A DNA stretch of 64,000 nucleotides from Saccostrea cucullata (lineage: Eukaryota): contig NW_026933134.1 of the NCBI RefSeq assembly GCF_032062105.1, positions 186,001-250,000 on the forward strand, written 5' to 3'. Under the pieces are notes generated by a model. It searched no databases. It was not told where the DNA came from and was given only the letters and a program-made list of their open reading frames with translations. Within the stretch, counting starts at the first letter, position 1; each line of letters begins with the position of its first letter. Positions 10,739 to 23,300 of the stretch are shown in pieces. A program made the position numbers and the translations under genes.

Positions 10739-13700
10739 ATGTCGGACACTGGAGCAGATCCACCGAAAAGAAGCAAAAAACTTCCACCAATTTCATTTGA
10801 GGATGGAGAAGAACCGAAGAAACCTGTTAAAAAGAAAAAGAAGAAGGTTCCAAGCACCGAGACAAATGGCACAACCTCCCCGAGATCCGATGAAACACCC
10901 ACAAAGAAAAAGGTGGTGAAAAAGAAAGAAGGAGAAACATCAGATAAACCAACACCAAAGAAACGTAAGAAACCAGCAACTACAGAGGAAAGCGAAGCAG
11001 ATCCCACTTCTGCTCGAAGTGCAGCAAGTAAAGACGAGGTAGGCATACATTAATAGTTCATGAAAGAAAACTGAACGAAATAAAATTCTACAGAGGATGT
11101 GTTCATACATGTTTCAGGAAATAAACATTAAAATTTTTTAGGCCTAAGTGCATTTAAATCGGTAATTTTGTTATTGCATTATTTAAATGAAACTGAAGGA
11201 TGTGAATGTGTCTGGGAGTTTTATCTTGTAAAGCATGATACCTTTTGATAAGGACTTATTTCATCAAATTTCATTGACAGACAATATTTAAATTATTGTA
11301 GCAGTGTTTAAAGTGGCCAGGTGTTGTGTTTTAAATAGTGAGGCCATGCTCCTACTAGCACTAGCTAGTGTGTTAACCCTTGGAATGACTTTACTTTAGA
11401 GTGTTGGATTTTAAAACAGGGGTTGTAGTGTCGCCAAAGGCGACTAATCGGTCATATCATTTATATTTGAGATCACTGTTAATTCTGTGAAAAAAATTTT
11501 ATTTCTGTGTGATTTGCTTGACAGTTTTGTCCATAATAATAACAGGAGGTTGCATTGTTAAAAGTTTAGCTTAAAACTTGTTTAAAACTTAGTTTTTAAA
11601 CAAAGTTTTTAACCTCATTTTCTGAAAAGATTAATAAATATTGTTTATTTATGGAAAAAATTGACAAATGTTTATATACAATATCAAGTATATTTGCATA
11701 TATATTAATTGTCAATTTTTTCTTGATTTTTGGCATTCTTCCATGTAATTTTCTCAAACCAACGAAATGCCATTAACATGATTAAAGCTGAATTATGATC
11801 TTGCAAAAATTACAGAAACAACTGATTTATTAACTTATCTAAAAGAACGAGTCACTAACCCTAATTTCTCGGATGGTATGCAAGGACTAAGACATGTAGA
11901 CAAAATCTTCCAGGCAGATGCTAGACTAATCCTAATCTGTCAAATAATGTGCAAGGACTAACCCTAATCTCTCGGATGGATGGGAGACTAACCCTAATCA
12001 GTCGAATACTTGTGCAAGGACTAACCCTAGTCTATCAGGTGGGTGCAAGACTAACCTTAATCAGTCGAAAAGTGTGCAAGTTTAACCCTTATCAGTTGAG
12101 TGACGTAAATGTATTTCAAAGTCCGATGAAAAAATATATTAAAATCTGGGGACCGGTAAAGTAAAGTCTACCCAAACCCTTTAGCTCAGTTGGTAGAGCG
12201 TTGGGTTTTCAATCTGAGGGTTGTAGGTTTGAGCCACAGTGTGGACACCCCCTAGTTAATCGATCATATTGGCACCCAACTACAAAACCCACATGGTGAG
12301 TGGTGTTTATAGAGTCTTGTGTGTGAGATTTCTTAGGGGGTAAGAAATCTCAAGAAAAAAAGGGGAAGTGTAACAGAGTTTAAAGTGGCCAGGTGTTGTG
12401 TTGTAAATAGTGAGGCCACACTCCTACTAGCACAGTGAGGCCACACTCCTACTACCACAAGCTAGTGGGTTAACCCTTTAGCTCAGTCGGTAGAGTGTTG
12501 GGTTTTAAATCTGAGGGGTTGTAGGTTCAAACCACAGTGTGGACACCCCTAGCTAATCGGTCATATCATTTACTCTTTGTTTGCTTATCACTGTTAATTC
12601 TGTGTTAAGATTCATTTTATTTCTGTGTGATAATGCTCTGACAGTCATGACCATAATAATAACATGAGGTAGCACTGTGTCATCCAAGCAAATTCTAAGG
12701 TAGTAAAATTCTGGATTTTCAGAGGGCAATCAGGGCATGTCTGTGCTTTGGCATTTGGGAAACCTGGGATTAAATACAATTGATAAGAAATGTATATATA
12801 TAATATCAACTATTTGTGCATGTATTAATTGAACTAAATTTTACATGTCTTGATTTTTGTGCATGTATATTTTCTCTCTCCAAGGATGTTACTGGAAGCA
12901 AAGCAAGTCTAATATCAAAAGAAACAAAAGGAAGTGGAACACCAAAGAAGAAAGTTAGAAAGAAGAAGAAGCCAGCCTCTACCACCGCCACACCGAGAGA
13001 GGATGATGAATGGGGAGATACACTCACAGCTGAGTTACAAACCATACACGAAGATGTTGTGAGTCCCAAGAGTAAAAAAGAACAGGATGAGGTCCTTCTT
13101 CATCCCTTCGCTACAGAGGCAGCAGTTCTAAAGAGTCAGCCGCTAGAAAAACTTTTCATAGAGACAGATAGTAAGTTTTTATAAAAGTGTAAATATATTT
13201 AATTTTGAAGAGATTTGAAGGATTAAAAGAGATTTATTAATCAGTGATATTTATTAATTTGTTCTTATTTTGTTAATCTAAATGCCTGTAGAAAACTCAA
13301 AAACCTTACTTTCATCGCATTGTAATTTTTAACCTTCATGCTGTCTATTAATTAGGTTCACAGTCCCAAATTACATCTTTGGTTGCTTTCATCAAATGTT
13401 CAACTATATAAAATTACTTGTTCTTTCCCACAGGTGGATTTAAAGGAGAGAACAAAGTGAAATTTGCCAAGAAATGGGCAGAAGAGGAAGCTATCCGAGA
13501 ACTAGAAGCCGAACAACCCGTGGAGTCCACCATCCTGTTTGCGATTGGAACACACAAAGTTTTTGTGACATTCTGTTTGTTTTTACATGGACTGACTGCA
13601 GGCATTTCAATGTGGCATCTGACAATGACCTACATATTGCTATATTTCTCATACATTGACTTTTTGGAGCACTATAGAATTTTAGCTCTTCCAGTCCAGT

Positions 13701-15265
13701 GCATGTTTTATATTCTTCTGGTGTTGTGTACAGTTTCAGCCTGTGATAGGTAAGAATCCATTTGCAAGATATAATATAAAAGTTATATACCGATGAACCA
13801 AAGTATTTTAAAAGTTCATAGTTGAAATCATTTTATTCAATGGATAAATTTAGGTTCTCCCATGGTTTTGGAAATGAATATTATCAATTGAGTTTTTTCT
13901 ATCCCCGAGCCTTGATGAAGGCATAAAAAGCACACAGTTAAACAATTCATATCCAACCACAAACAAATGGAAGTTATTTTTTATTACCTGTTTTACGTAT
14001 AACTATTACTTGTTTTACACTTTTTATATGTGAATCTTTTGACCACATCACTTTTTTGCCAAAAAAGGATACTGTATAAGTGGAAATTTTAGCGAGACAA
14101 AAATTTAGCGATTTGCCTGTAAAAACTGGTGTTTTATTTTTATCGAGATGTAATTTTACAATCTTAAAATACTCTCTAAAGAAGCTATTACAAAGAAAAT
14201 GCAATTAATTTTTACCGATATTCTTTTTTAGCGATCTCAACACCCTCGCTAATAATGCCAAAATTAAATCCTCGCTAAAAATTCTGCTTTAAGTATATGG
14301 TATGTCCTATCTGTTGCTTAAGAAGTCACAACTTTTAACACTAAAACTGATTTAAAGCATTATTTTCTATTTCAGATTTGATATTGGACGTCCCACACGT
14401 AGATTTGTCCTCCAGTCTTTCACATTACAGACAGGAACGGTGTCTATTATCATCTACTTTGTAGCTTTAATTCTCAGTCTGTGTATGGCTAATCTAGAGG
14501 ATAAAATGAATCTGTACAACAAATACCCTCAGCTCTGGGTAGATGCAAATGTAAGTATAATTGAAATAGTGTCATTAATTTATATTTTATCTAAAAAAAT
14601 GTGTATTTTATTGATGTGAGGAAAACATTTTTATAAACTCTCAGTTATTATTGCTTTCAAAATTTTACTACCCAAACAGTGTATCTATGAATTTCATAAT
14701 GGGGCATTGACACAGTGTTGAAGTTTAAATTCATCCAAAAAAATTTGTAATTCCACTTCTTTCATGTTGAAAGAGCATTTGAGACCAATATATTACAAAA
14801 GCTTGATTTAAGCCTTCCTTAATTTGACAATTTTCAAAATTATGAATTGATTGACATGTATATCTTGCACTTTCACAAGCTTGAATTTATCCTCAACATG
14901 TAAGAAAATACAAGTGTGTTCATGGACGCCTATTTAACTTCTTCCTCAGCTTTGACAAATTGGAGATTTCTTGCCAGCTGTTTTGTCGGAAGTCCCTTAT
15001 TCTTTTTAAAATAATTGTTGTTTTAAATTGCAATTGAAATATTACTCTGGCCATACCTTCTTTCCAGACCAATCAAACACTTTCATCAGCTGGTGACGAT
15101 ATATCAACCTGGAGGGACATCAACACAGCCCGTTGTTGTATGGCGATATTAGCTTGGATCGTCCTGTCTATAACTGCCTCCACAGACAGACTAACAGACA
15201 ATCTGAGGGCGGGAGATGATGAATTTCTCGAAGATGTTGAACTTGGAACTCAACAGAAAGTGTGA
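10739..15265 (+). CDS. TMEM237: Transmembrane protein 237 (ciliary transition zone, JBTS14 orthologue), 5 coding exons, 424 aa
   Basis: Exons 10739-11038, 12885-13170, 13434-13749, 14376-14550 and 15068-15265, with GT-AG boundaries, consistent phases and 1275 nt in total. A Lys-rich disordered N-terminus precedes four hydrophobic segments. Motifs FLHGLTAGISMW, YRILALPVQCMFYILLVLCTVSACDRFD, IYFVALILSL and W..IN...LAWIVLS match the TMEM237 family as I recall it (human HGFLAG...STISAFDR...LYFTALILSL). Confidence 0.93.
11297..12682 (+). mobile_element. TRIM-type non-autonomous LTR element with tRNA-like sequence in its LTRs (Helenus-like), in TMEM237 intron 1
   Basis: Full LTR TGTAAC...TGTGTCA at 12369-12682, degenerate LTR at 11297-11562 and partial LTR at 12175-12268. 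PBS-like TGGCACCCAAC at 12270-12280 and PPT AAGAAAAAAAGGGGAAG at 12352-12368. The LTR carries an A-box (TAGCTCAGTCGGTAGAG) and a B-box (GGTTCAAAC). Confidence 0.72.
11855..12095 (+). repeat. Degenerate ~33-bp minisatellite with CTAACCCTAA core
   Basis: About 7 units of the form GTGCAAGGACTAACCCTAATC... Confidence 0.75.
14072..14300. mobile_element. Short TA-flanked MITE in TMEM237 intron 3
   Basis: TA|CTGTATAAGTGGAAATTTTAGCGAG at the left, inverted CTCGCTAAAAATTCTGCTT...ATATGG|TA at the right, and internal TTTAGCGA/TCGCTAA repeats. Confidence 0.55.
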
Positions 15266-16364
15266 TTCAAGTGCCTTTATCTATTTATTATTTTTGTCAA
15301 CCTAATATGCTAAGTGCTTCTTTTTTTCAATATAGATCTGAAATAACTCTTTTTTACATTACAATTTCTGTTTTATATATCATTTATTTGAGGAGAGATT
15401 AGGATCATATAATTATAAGATAGTTCCCATCCCGGACATGGTTATGAGGAGGATGAGATGTGAATTAAAAATTTAGTAAGAGCAATGTGAAACAATTAAT
15501 TAAAAAAATATAAAATATCAAGAAAAAAAAATAAGAATAGAACCAAGAAAATAGTACATGTAACGGTTTATCTCTGTGGTATTAGAATTATTTATTGTAT
15601 GTACAGGAATTATTTTTGTTCAAAGATATTGTTTGAATGACATTTTCTCTTATTTATTAACATATTTTTGGTTGTAAAAAAAGAGAGGTTGTAGCAAAGG
15701 GTTTTAATTTTTATGTATATTAATTATTGTTTTATCATAGGAATTTTTTAAAGCACCTTGTATTTAGTTATGTACCGTAATTTTCTTCTTCAAGAATGAA
15801 GCTTAATATAAACAACTTTAATGTTTTATATTATTTTCATATTCAATAACAATTTTGTTTCAAACTAGAATAACAAATGTTATATATAATGCATAAGAAG
15901 ATGTTTCTCAGATTTTTATACAAATCTTCATTGCTAGTAAAATGTTTAAAAGGATTGCATTTCCCTAATTTTTTTTTTTACCAATTCTTACTAGCAGAAT
16001 TCTTTTAGTATTACAATACATGTAATTTCCGTACTCTGAATGCATTTAACTGATTCTTTTTGTGCCAACTTGTGTTTGATGTTTTAATAATGCATTTATT
16101 TTACATATTACAGTCTTTCACTGCACAGTTACATGTACATGTATCAGTCAGGCGAAGAGAGAAAAAAATATACATGTAGTTAATAACATTCCTTGTAAGG
16201 GAATTACACATACCATAAACTTTCATGTTCATTTGAAGCAATCTTTGAAAACTTAGATTGCTTTTAATGCTAGCAGCATTCATTATTAGAAGTTATGATA
16301 AATTACAGTTTTTGGAAGCCGGCTTGCATGGACAATTTTCATCTTAAATACATCAGTTACTTGC

Positions 16365-19024
16365 TCAATCAAGTGATTCAAATGTTTTAATGGCATGTTG
16401 AAACGACTTCTTAAATTCCTCATAGTCTTTGTTGCCAACAGGAATCATTAATTTCTCAAAACATGTCATGGCTTCTGGTTCCTTCTGCTGTGGGTTGGCC
16501 ATGATGAATTCAGCATTTAGTTGCTCTTGGCTCACAGATGGACTGGCTAGTCCAGTGATAAAATGGTAAAGTGCCCTTGCTTCTTCATCTACAAATGAGA
16601 TCATTGGATAGTAATGGTTTTGTAATCGGTAAATTGTTGTGATTTACTTTTTTGACACATTTGTTGTACAGTATGCTTTAGCCCTCATGGTGTATCATGC
16701 ACATTGTCATTTGCAATATTGAAATCCAAATGGTTGGATATGATTTTTTTTTCTGTTGTAATATAATCCAGTTGAATGTTCTATGAGGTCTTGAGTCAGA
16801 CCAGAAGCAACATTTTGGAATACAATACTTGGTGCAGAGACATACAAAGTTTTTGTCAATATTTAGTCGAAAATGAGATGAACAGTGACATAATTTTACC
16901 ACGATTAGAAGTGTGGACTCACCATTTATCTCATTAACAGACCGTATTGCATAATCCTTGGCCTTTTGTAGCTTATCATTGACAGCATTTAAGCCCTCCA
17001 AAGCAGGAAGCAATATTTTCTTCAGATATTCTTTATTAATAGAGTATTCTTCAGAATGAACAAAAAGGGGCTCTAGCAAAGATACATCCTTCGTTTTGTC
17101 CAGAAAATTCAAATAATTAAGTCCTTTCATCAGTGCATCTATTGCTGGTCGTCTCTCATCAATAATGCTGTATTTTATCAGCATTTGGATTAGTTGTTCT
17201 CTGCTTTTCATCTGCAATGTAATATGTGAACGATGTTAACAGTACACGCCGTTACGACTCATAGTGTTTTGCTACAAGGAGGTGAAACTTACGTTGAAGT
17301 GTTTGCCCGCTGGCCAGCCAATGTGCCCCACCACATTCCCTTCTTCACTTTGAATGACGTCATTTATCTCGTCATCGGTGCTGCACTTTAAGAGCTATCA
17401 AGGCAGATTTAAAATTATTAACCAGGGAAATAATTTAATCATATGAACAATTTGCATAGACACTGCGCATCTTAATTAGTAGTTAAAATACATCACTGTA
17501 GTATATAACAGTATATGCTTACATACATATACATACGTAAAATCATGGGAGAGGACTCTAAATTTTTGGAACTTGTGTCCAATCACTTTGACAAGTATTG
17601 TCAATGAAATATGTTCAAAACAAAGTTGAGCAGATTATACTTTCCTTTACCAATGTACAAGTATATGAACATTGTTTCATTTACATTAAAAATAGGCTCT
17701 ATTTCGTAATTTTTTACCAAATTAAAAAATATAATTTTATATTATAAGTACTTGATCGACAAGGTATTTCACTTCTGGATTTGGAATGTCTTCCACGGTA
17801 AGATACTGCTCATAATCGTCATGTTCTACCATGAAATGAAACAGTCCGGGATTTAAGTACGGAAATCCACAATCAAAATTCAAAATGGCTTCCACTATAC
17901 CAATACCAACCGCAGTCAAGTCGTCTAATCTGTCCTGTGAAAAATTTGGCACCAGTCGAGGAAAATTACCAATAAAGAGCCCCCTGTCTCTGATGGCTTG
18001 TAGGAAGAAAGTAGAGTAAAACTCTCGTCTGAAGCCACCTCCATCATAGTCATATTCCCTGGAATCATCAAAGACAATCATCAGCACCTCGTGACGAATG
18101 GTAGCACTTTTTCTCCGGATTTCACTGGCTTTGCCTTTGTAGTGTGACATTGCCGTTGTGAACATGTCCGATTTCTGGACTTTGAAGCATTGTCTGATCT
18201 GTTCTCCGCCTATTATGTGTTCCAGAATGGGTCGGATTTTTTCTTTGTACATCCAAAAATCTGAAAAGTAGAATTCATAAAATTAATGTTATCGAAGATA
18301 TGAATTTGAGACTTTCAATTCCCTTTTTCTATGGTTGTATCAACTTGTGTATATATTCGAATCTCGGTCGCGACTGAACCAAGTCAAAATAAGAGGTGCA
18401 ACTGTTCCTTCGCCAAGCGCTCGGCGCTTTGAAGTAAAAATTGCAAATCCTTCGGCTGAGACCTTAAAATGAGGCCTTTGTCACGGTAGGCATTGGAACG
18501 ACAAGGAACGCTCACTGCTCAATGGCCCTGAGTGCCGAGTTAAGGTTTAAATTTGAAGTCCTTTATCGGTATATTGTGACACCTCTACATGAGTGAAAAA
18601 TTCTACAACTGACTTACAATCAATCTACATGCATGCATAGAACTGTTTTCTATTTGATCACTTTTTAAAAGAATTATTGAATGTCATTGAAAAAGAATAC
18701 CTAGAGTTTAGCCATACAAAAACGTCACAAGCTAGATCTTCAATTTAATGTTTGTTGAATAAAAAGAATCTTGAGTAATAATGGCAATTTTTGTATCCAT
18801 GTTGCTGAATACTTACTTGCACATGTTGGAATATGGGCAACATCAGCAACCCTTTTAAACGCAGCCTGTAATTGATATCAATTCATTTCATTTCAATATA
18901 TTTTCAGCGTAGAATTTATATTTTGATATTGAGATTACTATAGCAAGTAATAATAGTGAAGAAAAAGTTACACCTGAAATTTCTCGCTGGTTTGCTGGGA
19001 ATGGGAACTGGTCTCGCCACCCAT
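16365..19024 (-). CDS. Small HECT-domain E3 ubiquitin ligase (G2E3-type HECT-like, HECT-only), predicted N-myristoylated; paralogue A, ~407 aa
   Basis: Exons 18974-19024 (MGGETSSHSQQTSEKFQ, in-frame TAA upstream), 18817-18865, 17752-18260, 17293-17394, 16923-17211 and 16365-16588; phases are consistent and total 1224 nt. It has the HECT N-lobe motif DYDGGGFRREFY, the C-lobe FITG and the catalytic motif PEAMTCFEKLMIP, plus a near-terminal Phe. The first donor (GTGTAA) is weak. Confidence 0.85.
18355..18620 (+). mobile_element. tRNA-derived bivalve SINE (Meta/Deu-domain type) in an intron of HECT paralogue A
   Basis: B-box remnant TTCGAATCTC followed by CTCACTGCTCAATGGCC...GCCGAG...TAAATTTGAAG...CATGAGTGAAAAATTCT. 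Related fragments occur at 38330-38540 and 50135-50760 (-) and 50830-51110 (+). Family assignment is from recalled consensus. Confidence 0.65.
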
Positions 19025-20346
19025 CCTTTATCTGATCCTAAGTCTGTCTTGCTCAAACCATGTAAGTCAACGGTTTTTTTTTCTCTTAAAAACATGAAAA
19101 AGGTATCTGTTATTTGTTAATTTAGGTTACGACAAGATAAACTGTCATTGTTTGTTCAGATGCAAAGGAAGATACCCAAAGACTTCGTTCCCATAATAAC
19201 AACAAAATATCTGTAGTGTTTTAAGAAATATATGCACAATGATGAAGTCGGTCCTTAGGATTTTAGGTCTCGTCTGAATGATGACATAAGAATTATAAAT
19301 CTCAGAGGAGGTAAGAAAATAAAGCGGTGCACGATTCATTCAGCTAAAACATTTTAAACAACCATATACTCAATAATGGAACTTCATTCTTAGTTATCTT
19401 TCATTGGTGGTAATAAACAGATCTGTACAAAATAAAGATAGACGACGATAAACAATTTACCTTTAAAAATTTGGTGTAGTCATGCAAAAAACATTGTTCT
19501 ATTCTTTTGGGGGGAAATATGAATAACATTGAGTATTTGAATAGAATTAGCTTGTTCTATTGATTAGCAGAAAAATCATGGATATACAGTAAATGCGGGT
19601 ATGCACACCTACCTCTTTTTAAAATTGTGCCATTTTAAAACGTCTCGCTCTATAATTCCGAGCAACAGTAACGGATAAACACATATCCAGAAAGTTTATT
19701 GATTATTCACGAAACTACTCCAATATCTTTCGAGAACATGATATCAAAATGGTTTAAATATCTCAAAATCATTTTTAGGGGTATATTATTGCGCGTTTTA
19801 ACAGGTTTTGGCAAGTTGCCGCGCAGAATATATTAAACTTCCTATCTTGCACAGAACCTCTCTTAAAGCTAATTTACGAGTTGGAGACTTTGGCGTAAAC
19901 ACAGCGATGGGTGACAATGTTTGATTTAAACAACGTTAACTTTGCCTCCATTTTTGTTTACGACCTGGTACGTATCTTCGTTTGATGTCATGTATATTGC
20001 TCCTTTTCGGTGGTTTGGTTGGTACGACTGTATATTTCCTCTATAAGGTATCGTTCAGTGACCAACAATGTATTTATGAATATCAAACAAAAAGTCTTCA
20101 GTTAAAAATGAAAATGACAATAAACTTTGCTTTTGTTCCTTGTTGAATAGTGTAAAATTTATTTGATTTATATACACATGTATACACATACCGGGGTTCT
20201 GACAGAAGCATCAATGGTAAGAGTTGTGTTGAAAACAACTTTTCTTTTTTGACCAAAATGTCATCCATTTCCTATGTTTAACTGGTTGCCCATTTTCTAG
20301 GCATTTCAGAACAAACGAACCGAATTTACATCTAAATGATGAAAAC
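19025..20346. promoter_or_regulatory. Shared divergent promoter and 5'UTR exons of the two HECT genes
   Basis: The ATGs are about 1.3 kb apart and face away from each other. Candidate UTR splice sites are a + donor GTACGT at ~19968, a + acceptor at 20300, a - acceptor at ~19108 and - donors at ~19460 and ~19612. Confidence 0.5.
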
Positions 20347-23300
20347 ATGGGAGGAGGTCAAAGTGTATCAAAACAGGAAGTCCCACCAGGTGAGTTAACT
20401 TCCACACACCTATAAAGATGTAATTGATACCACCGCCAATCCAGAAGGGGGTATCACTTGTAATAATGAAAATGATGAAGATTACGATCAGTGATCGATC
20501 AAGATAATCTGTAAACAGGGCATAAAACACGGACCGACCCCTGGAAATTCCAGAAATGGGATCATGTGCCTAAGGGGAGTAAGCATTCCCTGTCGACCGG
20601 TCCCCATTAAACAAAGGCATAACAATAGCCTGGGTATAGAACATTGCAATTCATAGGTTGAATTTGCCAATAAGGTAATTATATCAAAAATAGAATGTAT
20701 GAAATGCTGACTTTGAAATCTCTGTAACACAACTTATTTATCAGTAGCCAGAAATATGCAAATACATATCTAGTACTCAAAACATCTTCTTGAGTGAAAG
20801 ATATTTGGGGATGTAAACCCATATACAGATGATTGCAGGATATTACGATATGAATAAGAAAAAAAACCTTAAATTCATCTCATCATTCATTCAGATTAGT
20901 TGTTTGTTGGCCCTTATTGCCTATAGTCAGCACAGCATCCATATAAGAAACAGTTGTTGCAGACCCTGTGGCTTCCTTTATTTCAAGCTCCCTGGGATAT
21001 ATCAAGTCTTCATAAAATTAAAATACGAATTCTGAATGTCATGTTGAATGCCACAGCAAGTGTTTTCCCTAAATCTCGATTGGAAAATTTTTAATAATAT
21101 ATTCTGCTTCAAAGGAATTTAAAAACAGGCGGCGAATGGAAAAGCATGTTTTTTGCCCATGGACAACATTCATTGACTCTAAAGACTAAATACGCAAATG
21201 TTGTCAATCAACTCAACTTCAGGATATAAATTTGTGTGTAGAATCAGAGACTAATTTTGTTAATGACGAAAAACAAGTGCTTGGCACTCGTGAAAATATA
21301 TTAAAAAAAAATCCTGTCCCACTTATGAAATAAATTCCATATTCATCTTTCCTCTATGTATTCTTCATAGACTGGATTTTGTAACAAACTGTTCGAATTA
21401 AATGGGCACTTTTTGTGCTCCTTTGTTATGTAACTTGTTAATAAATTCCAACGAAGCAGAATTACTTCAAAAACTTTTACATGAAAGGCGAAAAGCATTA
21501 TGACCTTTAATTTGACATTCAGATAATTTATATCGTCAATATTTTATCACTTAACAATAGTTCTTTTCATACATGTACATATGTCGACTTGATATATCCC
21601 AAGAATTTGAAGTAAAAGACACCAACGAGTCTGCCACATCTGTTTCATTTTCGGATGCCTAGCTGACTATAGACGATAAGGAACACTAACAACTAAACCG
21701 TATGTCAAACGAGATGACTTCAGCTTTTCCATCGGCAACTTTCCTTATCTACCAGATATGTAGTAATATTCCAATTTAGCCTTCTTGTAGAGTTTATGTC
21801 ACAGGCACTTGTTTCTGTAATAAATTTTTGACCCATAGTATAATAATAACACAAGGTAAAAGCATTACACCCAGTACCCCCTTTAATTGCGCTCATTTAC
21901 ACTTTCAGAGTCCTGAAATTTAACTGTTTATACCTATGTTTTATAATTTATCTACACAACCATATCTGACATCCTTGTCTTTGTTTTCTTTTAACTCCGT
22001 AATCAGCTTCAAAACTCTACTCGCCGAGTGGAAAGTGAAACTCAACCATAGATATATCTCGGGCAAAGAATTAGACCTCGAATTTGATTGGCTAAAAATC
22101 TGTGTCTTAAATTACACCGGGAAAACATCGTAGTGTTTTTATGGAAAATAAGAGACCATGAAATTTTATTTATTCAATGCAATATTAAAATCTGGAATTG
22201 AATTTTTAAACCCACACATTCTTTAATTTTTCTCTGTGCCCGAGATTAGCACATACGGTTTAGTTCGACTTTTCTACTCGGCGAGTAGAGTTTTGACGCT
22301 GTTTACGGAGATTAAAGAAAACAAAGACAAGCAAGCCATATATGGTTGTGTAGATAAATTATCGAAGATGACATACGTATAAACAGTTTGCCACTGCCTT
22401 TTCTCTGAAAGTGTAAATGAACGCGATTCTAAGGGAGGGGGATACTCCGTGTAATTTGGAGTTAGATACCTTGTGTTATTATTATACTATAGGTTAAAAT
22501 TTATTCCCAAAACAAGTGCCTGTGCTTTATGTCCCCCAACTTATTCGCCGCTGAAGAACTTGTTCTGAATTCGATGTAACATTTAAAGCAAAACATACGT
22601 TGATATTAAATGAATATCAATACCATCGTTTAAGTTTCATTATTTCGTAAATTCTATTGTCGTTATAATGACCTTGTTAGCAAATATAACATATAATTGG
22701 GTAATATTTAGCTGAATTGTTGCATGAAAATGTAATCCCTTTGTTTATTATACCAGATTTGAATGTAGTTGGCATTGTATCCTTGATCAATACATATAGG
22801 GCTCACGGCGAGAGTTACTGGTTAATAGGGTATCTCTCTCCCCCTAAGCACCTGATCCTACGTCTCAAATATCTAGTGTTCATGTTTTGTACCCTCTTTA
22901 TTACAATTTTTTTTGATAGATTTTTTTGTATCGATCACTGATTTTTTATATTTAGCTTCATCTAATAGAATCAAGAGGTAGCATGTATATTTGATCATCT
23001 GTATGATCGATGTTCTGACTACGTACCGGTATATTATTGATAAAAAGTCCTATCACATTCACACTAGCACAATGTGGGCTTGAAAGATTCCCTACATTAT
23101 TAATGTGTTCGTTGCAACCATATGGAAATGTTGTATCTAGTTCCCTGTTCTTGTATTTCTATGGGCATCTTTGTCTGTGGAATTGATAACTAAAATTTAG
23201 ACTGTAAGTCGGATAACATAATGTATTTTTCCCCCAAAATTCTAAACGTCTATGGAAAAAAGAGTGGACTGGCAAACTGAAATGTTTATAAAGATGTAAG

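Noticed and set aside
11855-12095. Telomeric repeat or CRISPR-like array
   Set aside because: CCCTAA occurs once per 33-bp unit and the spacers are mutually similar; this is a eukaryotic minisatellite.
12178-12548. Two tRNA-like sequences as genuine tRNA genes
   Set aside because: Acceptor and anticodon stems are poorly paired, the copies differ in the anticodon loop, and both sit inside LTR repeats of a mobile element.
10645-13605. Minus-strand ORFs 10645-11046, 12806-13069 and 13414-13605
   Set aside because: Antisense shadows of TMEM237 exons.
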